DNA of 64,000 bases from a virus. Taxonomy: Duplodnaviria; Heunggongvirae; Uroviricota; Caudoviricetes. The stretch lies in IMG/VR virus record IMGVR_UViG_3300024273_002067. One strand, 5' to 3'. Both the position numbers and the translations under genes were made by a program. The notes under the pieces are model-generated. The model made no database searches, was not told where the DNA came from, and saw only the letters and a program-made list of their open reading frames with translations. Positions 58,410-64,000 of the stretch are shown here, piece after piece (position 1 is the stretch's first letter; each line of letters begins with the position of its first letter).

Positions 58410-60071
58410 CTATGCTTTTATTGGCCCGTATAACCAAGAAGTGTCATTCAAATCGTCATCATCATCCCAACTATCTTTATTTGAACCATCTAAACTTAAT
58501 GAGCTAACGTCTTTTTGGCTAAAACTTATCATATCTAACATTTCTTTAGTTCTTTTCTTATTCCAAAATACAGATTCAAACTCAGTATCTCTAATTAACA
58601 GCGCAATAGCCATTCCAAATATTAAATCATCATTAAATCCATTTTCATGCTCTGCCTTATCTCCTTTGTAAACAAAAGTTTCAAACTCTACAAGCAATCT
58701 TAGAGAGTTTATTTTAATTTCCATTTCTCTCATATATTTTACCAACGAACTCATGAGTAAAGGTCTAGTTTTTACCGTTGTCTGAAATCCTGGAACATCT
58801 GTATCTTTGTCAACAACATAATTGTGAGTTCTATTGTATAATTTAACTGCAGATTTAGATATATACATTCTTTCTTTAGGATATTTCAAGGTATTCTTTA
58901 GCATTAACGTTGTTGCTAAACCAAAACTGTTACACTCAACTGCCATAAAAGCATTATTATAATCCGTTCCCACCTTGTAAAGAAGTTCTGCAAATACATC
59001 AGGAACTATTTTTCCTTGAAATTCACCAACTTGCTCTAAGCTGTCAGCGTCTATTATTTGAACTGTAGAGAAATCGGCACCATCTCCTCTACCAACGTCA
59101 GACCCAATTATATAGTTCCCACCTTCTTTTGGTTTTTTCCATATATGAAAAGATGTTACATATTCACAAAAACTGCCATCTTTTTTCTTAAAATCATAAT
59201 AGCATACAGGCTTTTTATCGCCTATGTCTTTGACATATTTTTGTATTATTGAACTATCTATGACAACAGCGGTTGAGCCTTCAAAAGACAAATCTAATTC
59301 TTGTGCAATTTTAATTGTATTATGGTGCATTCTTTGACACTCTCCATCATACCATGGGCTCCATGGATATTCTTTTCCATCAGAGTCTATTCTAGTCTCT
59401 AACCCTTTAGATAATATAGGATGTATAGACCAATGCAACTTTATAGGAAAGAAGTTGCCCCTACCCTTATTTGCTTGAGTCCATGTTTGGTGATAAAGAT
59501 TTCCAGTACCCTTAGGTGTAGAAATCATAATACACTTACCTTGGGTAGCAGCCAAAGCCAGCCCAGCCCCCATCCATATATCTTGAGCATGCTCAATAAA
59601 CGCGGTCTCATCTAATATCAGGCAAGTTAAAGATTCTCCTCTACCAGCCTGCTTACTACTGGCAACAGCCTTAACCCAAGAGCCATTAGAAAAAGATATT
59701 TGCTTTGTATTATTTATTAAAGTTTCTTCTGGTAGCATCCAATCTGGTAATCTGTCCAAAAATTGTTTAACGGTATTCAAAAACCTAACGGCACCATTGC
59801 CACTATCAGCAACTACCAATATTCTTTCATCAGGACAAAAGGTCAACCTCCAGGCAACATATAAAGCTGATATGACTGACAGGCCCATCTGTCTAGATTT
59901 TAAAACTATTGAGTTTTGACTATCATTAAACTGATTAAGACAATCTTCCTGATAGGGAAAACACGTCATTTTCCCCATCTGCTGTTTCTCCATGTCAAAA
60001 ACATATCCATATGTATTCGCAAAATATACTGGGCTTTTTGCGCAAGAAACGTATTCTTCAATATAATTCAT
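58410..60071 (-). CDS. terL: Terminase large subunit
   Basis: KSRQMGLS, RGESLTCLILDETAF, ISTPKG, GSDVGRGDGADFS, NDDLIFG. Confidence 0.95.
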   Translation of the reverse strand: MNYIEEYVSCAKSPVYFANTYGYVFDMEKQQMGKMTCFPYQEDCLNQFNDSQNSIVLKSRQMGLSVISALYVAWRLTFCPDERILVVADSGNGAVRFLNTVKQFLDRLPDWMLPEETLINNTKQISFSNGSWVKAVASSKQAGRGESLTCLILDETAFIEHAQDIWMGAGLALAATQGKCIMISTPKGTGNLYHQTWTQANKGRGNFFPIKLHWSIHPILSKGLETRIDSDGKEYPWSPWYDGECQRMHHNTIKIAQELDLSFEGSTAVVIDSSIIQKYVKDIGDKKPVCYYDFKKKDGSFCEYVTSFHIWKKPKEGGNYIIGSDVGRGDGADFSTVQIIDADSLEQVGEFQGKIVPDVFAELLYKVGTDYNNAFMAVECNSFGLATTLMLKNTLKYPKERMYISKSAVKLYNRTHNYVVDKDTDVPGFQTTVKTRPLLMSSLVKYMREMEIKINSLRLLVEFETFVYKGDKAEHENGFNDDLIFGMAIALLIRDTEFESVFWNKKRTKEMLDMISFSQKDVSSLSLDGSNKDSWDDDDDLNDTSWLYGPIKA

Positions 60072-60146
60072 AGTTCACTATTATTAAATATAAATATTAA
60101 GCAATTATTAAAATACTATACAGAGTCTGAATCGCATTTTTTTAAT

Positions 60147-60674
60147 CTAAAAATCATAACTTTTGTTGGATAAGTTTTTTATTGTCTTAGGCTCTAGCGT
60201 TACAGACATTTGCTTCTGAATGTTTTGTCCCCTATAGTAAAATATTGGGTTTTTTGGTATGCAGGATATTAAATTAATTTTTATTATTTTTTTTAAACTT
60301 TTATTAATAGCGTAAACATGTATATCTTTAGCTTTTTTATTGAAAATATTTTGTTCGTAATATTTATTTTTCTTGTTATAAAAGCTATGTATCCAATCGT
60401 TTATTTCTGAACCATCTGTAGAGCCATTGTTGCTAATAATATGAAACTTATAACTATAATCTTTATATACCTCTGGTGCAAATGATGAATTTATTAATCG
60501 ATTATAATCTAATGAAAAGGCTAAAACTTGACTATTTGTATTAGAATATGGGTCAAAATCAATAATAACATAATTTTCCCATAGATTATCTTTGTCAATC
60601 TTTTCTGTTAACAAATAACTTTTAGAGTATAAACCTTTATATAATGGAAGAAAAGAAAATTTTGACCTTTTCAT
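60147..60674 (-). CDS. Hypothetical protein, possibly a highly diverged tail-tube-like paralog
   Basis: KDIHVYAINKSLKKIIKINLISCIPK...MSVTLEP recalls the C-terminal half of tube proteins. Confidence 0.35.
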   Translation of the reverse strand: MKRSKFSFLPLYKGLYSKSYLLTEKIDKDNLWENYVIIDFDPYSNTNSQVLAFSLDYNRLINSSFAPEVYKDYSYKFHIISNNGSTDGSEINDWIHSFYNKKNKYYEQNIFNKKAKDIHVYAINKSLKKIIKINLISCIPKNPIFYYRGQNIQKQMSVTLEPKTIKNLSNKSYDF

Positions 60675-60713
60675 ATACTAATAATAATTATTATATTAAA
60701 AAAGTAAATAAAA

Positions 60714-61031
60714 CTATAGGCCTACATATATTGTTGGAGAAGGGTTGATTTCGGAATCAGTTTTAACGCTATATATTTCAGAAACGTAAACAACACTAGT
60801 TGTAGTGTTTTCTATGTTTAACTGATAAGTTCCTAAAGTAGATGCTGACCAAGATATTGAGTACATGCCTTCTGATGCACTTGACAAAAAAGAACTAACT
60901 GTCACCCCAGTATTAATTATACCATCAACATAAACAGTTGAACTAAAAGTTGCTGGTGTTACTGGTGTGTTGGTTGTTGGATTAAATGACCTTACCAATT
61001 CGTGTATTGTTTGACCTGTAGATATATTCAT
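60714..61031 (-). CDS. Hypothetical beta-rich protein, likely structural
   Basis: 105 aa Ser/Thr/Val-rich; TATTTAT upstream. Confidence 0.65.
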   Translation of the reverse strand: MNISTGQTIHELVRSFNPTTNTPVTPATFSSTVYVDGIINTGVTVSSFLSSASEGMYSISWSASTLGTYQLNIENTTTSVVYVSEIYSVKTDSEINPSPTIYVGL

Positions 61032-61075
61032 CTTTTATAAATAGAGATAAAAACTTAAATAATATAGATATAATG

Positions 61076-61479
61076 TTATTTAAAATTAAATAATTCTGTA
61101 TTTACTATTGCTCTGTTAATTTCATAGTTTAAAAATAATTCTTCTTCTTTTTCTATATCTCTAAAAGAATAAAAAACTAATATTTTATTTTCAATATCCC
61201 ATGTATATACTACATTAGGGTCATTAGAAGAATTAAATAAGGCACCATAACCAAAAGGTATCACATATGGGAAGGTTCCACTATCGTCTACTCTTATTGT
61301 ATTTATTTTTATTGGCCTTAAGTGATGAGTGTATGAAGCTTCATCTTCTGTCATATATAAACAATGACACTCTTCTAAAATCTCTCCTTTACTTATTTTT
61401 TCTTTTGAAAAAACCCCCAGCCATGAATGTCACTCTTTCTAGGCTCAATAGATTTATTTTTATATAAAACATTTTTCAT
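61076..61479 (-). pseudogene. SET-domain protein gene interrupted by a -1 frameshift at G5T6 (61408-61418)
   Basis: Upstream frame MKNVLYKNKSIEPRKSDIHGWG; the -1 frame continues VFSKEKISKGEILEECH...GYGALFNSSNDPN..RDIEKEEELFLNY. Confidence 0.8.
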
Positions 61480-61636
61480 AAATAAAGTATAATGATAAAA
61501 ATAAAAAAGTAAATTATTTTTTAATATACTTTTCTTTCTATTTCACACCATCACCCATCTACAATTAGCAGTGTGGGTTCGATACTATTAATTAATCACC
61601 CTAAACTATTAATAGATGTTAACTATATTTTATTAA

Positions 61637-61819
61637 TTAAGTTACTGATGACCCAAATAAGGATTTGATACGTTCAGTAATTTCTTCTGAAGTTGTATAT
61701 TGTTCGACATATACCTCATCTTTAAAACTTGTAATAGTAAATGTAAAATTAACATTATCTGTAACAGATTCTTTTATTGAAACTATCTTTGTTGTGTCTT
61801 TTATTAATGCGTATACCAT
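61637..61819 (-). CDS. Hypothetical protein (60 aa)
   Basis: ORF on the coding strand after the large structural gene. Confidence 0.55.
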   Translation of the reverse strand: MVYALIKDTTKIVSIKESVTDNVNFTFTITSFKDEVYVEQYTTSEEITERIKSLFGSSVT

Positions 61820-61854
61820 ATTATTATATTTTTATTATCTTATTATTTTATTCG

Positions 61855-64000
61855 TTAAAAATCTTCAACCCAAACAAGTCCTATCGACATATCATTCGCA
61901 CCACCAAGTGTTCGGGCAACAAACGAATATATACTACCAGGCCTCATTGCGATACCCAAATCAAAAATGGTTGACGAATCACCATTATCCTTTCCAACAC
62001 CACCTACCCATAGTAACTTACCACCAGTTACTGTAGTTCCAGCCGTATCTTGTGAGATAACAGAGGTATTTGCGTTAATATCAGTGTAAGAGGGTGTCCC
62101 CCCTATAGTGGCGTTTTCATAAATGCTGAATGTTCCAGCACCGTTACTGTCATTTATTAGTGATATTGATTGTAATATTGCTGATACTTTATTGTTTCCA
62201 GTAGCCCCACCGAAGACGGTTGATTTATTTTGGAGATTAAATAAACAAGTATCTGTAGACCCAATATTTTTTTCATTCTGAAAGGCATTAATCACCCCCG
62301 TACTTTTATTACTTCCTTGTATGAAAGATGACATATCAGCGACTTTCATCACATAGTCATTAGCGTCTGCTGTTCCATCTTTGAATACCTCTGACCTTAA
62401 AGCGAATGTTGGGTTATAAGACGAAGGTGTTGTTCTTATGTTTGAAAGATGTAAGGTATGTACTAAAACCATATGTCCCGTACTTTGACTTTCAATAGAG
62501 AAATAAACACATCCAAAACCACTACCGTAACTTACTTGATAAACATTACCCTTAGTTACGTCTAATAACATTCCCGATGGATTACTTGAACTTGATGTTC
62601 CATCCATAACATCACCGTTCCATAATGACTGAGTAACACTTGTTTGAACTCCATTTGTTCTGTAAGTCACATTTAATTCAGAAGAAGTACCTGCCATAGT
62701 ATATCCAAAACCATCATTAGCATCTCCTAACCCTATTCCTTGTACACTTGTTGCTCCGTTAGGTGCGAAGTCTGTAAATAAACAAGAGAACCTACCCACA
62801 GCACCTTCACCAGCTCTAAATGTAATTGTTTTTACAGATTCTAAGGCTGCTGATTCTGTTGCTGTTGATGCTGAACTTGTAGCAACACAAGCCATATTTT
62901 CTGATTGTGTTACAGTTCCAGAACCTAATAGAAAGACGTTGGTTAAATCGGTATTGATATTATATGGGAAATGTAATTGAGATATTGCAGTAAACTCAGA
63001 AACAGGAAACTCATCATAAGTAACTCTATTGTTGGCTGCATCAACTTTTAAATGATTTTGATTGTCCGTAACAACATTATTAAAATTACCAGCGTCATTC
63101 TTTCCTACCAACACATTCCTACCTAAGTTAGCAACCATAGATGGGGAAATAAAATCTTCCATACCCAATATTTGACCACTAATAGATTTAGTTGTAAACT
63201 TTGTATCAAAATAAAAGTCTGTCATACCAGTTGTTGTACTAGTAAAATTATATCTAACATACGGTGTAAAAGCTGGTGCTGAAAACATTTTAAACCCACT
63301 ACCACCAACATATGGGATAGATAATTCCCTCACCACATCTGTACCAGCAGCATCTCTAATAAATTCAATGTCTATTGTACCACTACCATCTGATGTTACA
63401 TCTGTTTGTACTTGCGTATAATCCGACATATCTAGTATTCCACTACTATATGTTGCACCAGAAACCAAAACGTCAAATGTAGAAAACCCTAAACCATCAT
63501 GTGGTGAATTATTATAAGTACCATCTGGTTGTTGACCAACAGATACTGATTTAACAGTGTTAGCAAGTGTGTTATCACTAATCGGTATATTAACGGGTAG
63601 TGTTGGTAACATTTGGGGTGATGTTTCAAACTTTATAGAAGCAGTAAATCCAGTTTGTGCTACCGCACCATTAATATATTTCAGTCTAAAATATTTTGTA
63701 GATGCTGGTATCAGATAAATAACACCTTGTGGGTTATCTGCCGATATATATGAAAAACTAATAACCCTTTCATCTGTAACACCATCACTTGAATGTATAA
63801 TTTGAAACCCTTTTGTCGCTGAATCTTGGTCAGATTTAACAAATATTGAAGTGGATACGTAACCATCAGTATTAACAAATGTACCCTCAAAAACTCCAGT
63901 ACCCGATAGTGGAGTTGTGCTTGAATTACCATCGTCTATACCCCCATTTGGTACATTAACGAAAGTACCATTAACATCTTGACCAACTTGAATGTTTCTT
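61855..64000 (-). CDS. Large beta-rich structural (fiber/decoration-like) protein, runs off window end
   Basis: The frame of the 61855-63612 ORF is open without stops to 63999 (RNIQVGQDVNGTFVNV...FETSPQ); about 145-149-aa repeated domains. Confidence 0.75.
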   Translation of the reverse strand, partial: RNIQVGQDVNGTFVNVPNGGIDDGNSSTTPLSGTGVFEGTFVNTDGYVSTSIFVKSDQDSATKGFQIIHSSDGVTDERVISFSYISADNPQGVIYLIPASTKYFRLKYINGAVAQTGFTASIKFETSPQMLPTLPVNIPISDNTLANTVKSVSVGQQPDGTYNNSPHDGLGFSTFDVLVSGATYSSGILDMSDYTQVQTDVTSDGSGTIDIEFIRDAAGTDVVRELSIPYVGGSGFKMFSAPAFTPYVRYNFTSTTTGMTDFYFDTKFTTKSISGQILGMEDFISPSMVANLGRNVLVGKNDAGNFNNVVTDNQNHLKVDAANNRVTYDEFPVSEFTAISQLHFPYNINTDLTNVFLLGSGTVTQSENMACVATSSASTATESAALESVKTITFRAGEGAVGRFSCLFTDFAPNGATSVQGIGLGDANDGFGYTMAGTSSELNVTYRTNGVQTSVTQSLWNGDVMDGTSSSSNPSGMLLDVTKGNVYQVSYGSGFGCVYFSIESQSTGHMVLVHTLHLSNIRTTPSSYNPTFALRSEVFKDGTADANDYVMKVADMSSFIQGSNKSTGVINAFQNEKNIGSTDTCLFNLQNKSTVFGGATGNNKVSAILQSISLINDSNGAGTFSIYENATIGGTPSYTDINANTSVISQDTAGTTVTGGKLLWVGGVGKDNGDSSTIFDLGIAMRPGSIYSFVARTLGGANDMSIGLVWVEDF

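Noticed and set aside
15265-61479. Eukaryotic giant-virus origin suggested by the RNR type and SET domain
   Set aside because: T4-like portal, terminase and baseplate genes, a holin, bacterial sigma factors and DnaE indicate a tailed bacteriophage.
61540-61610. tRNA-like GTGGGTTCGAT and preQ1-like appearance in a GC-richer intergenic patch
   Set aside because: The T-arm stem does not pair, no acceptor or anticodon arms are found, and the riboswitch-like part faces away from any gene. A covariance search could still reveal an ncRNA.
974-62036. Numerous short plus-strand ORFs nested antisense to long genes (e.g. 1845-2144, 28352-28852, 43274-43786, 50994-51452, 55883-56329) and the nested minus-strand ORFs 35874-36167 and 48749-49063
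   Set aside because: They lie within well-supported genes, have no recognisable motifs, and have typical shadow-ORF composition.
63711-63932. 73-aa minus-strand ORF from the track
   Set aside because: It is an out-of-frame shadow inside the open frame that extends the 61855 gene to the window end.
1-64000. Stop-codon reassignment as in some large Bacteroidota phages
   Set aside because: Conserved genes are full length under the standard code, and TAA, TAG and TGA all end genes here.

Overview
AT-rich, densely coded 64-kb segment of a large T4-like (contractile-tail) dsDNA phage, almost all on the minus strand. The host is probably in Bacteroidota: two Bacteroidota-type RpoD homologs, a DnaQ-fused DnaE and TAnnTTTG promoters. 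The window holds an NAD-rebuilding operon (Prs/Adps-like, Nampt/Namat-like, and a DnaA-domain-IV/NadD fusion), replication and recombination genes (UvrD, DnaQ, NrdAB, DnaB, FEN, RecA, gp32-like SSB, PolA-like, RecD2), tail/baseplate genes (GH19+M15 hub protein, tape measure, chaperones), portal and terminase. Highlights: (1) dnaE is fractured by a split intein with a free-standing endonuclease between the halves; (2) several short paralogs of virion proteins (terminase ATPase-only, two capsid-like fragments, tube-like), hypothesised to be decoys for host immune sensors; (3) duplicated tail chaperones that read the same AACTTTTTTGG site in different frames (short G-like and long GT-like); (4) a SET-domain gene split by a frameshift at a G5T6 run. 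Family assignments come from motif recognition and recall, not database searches. No tRNA, rRNA or CRISPR array was found.
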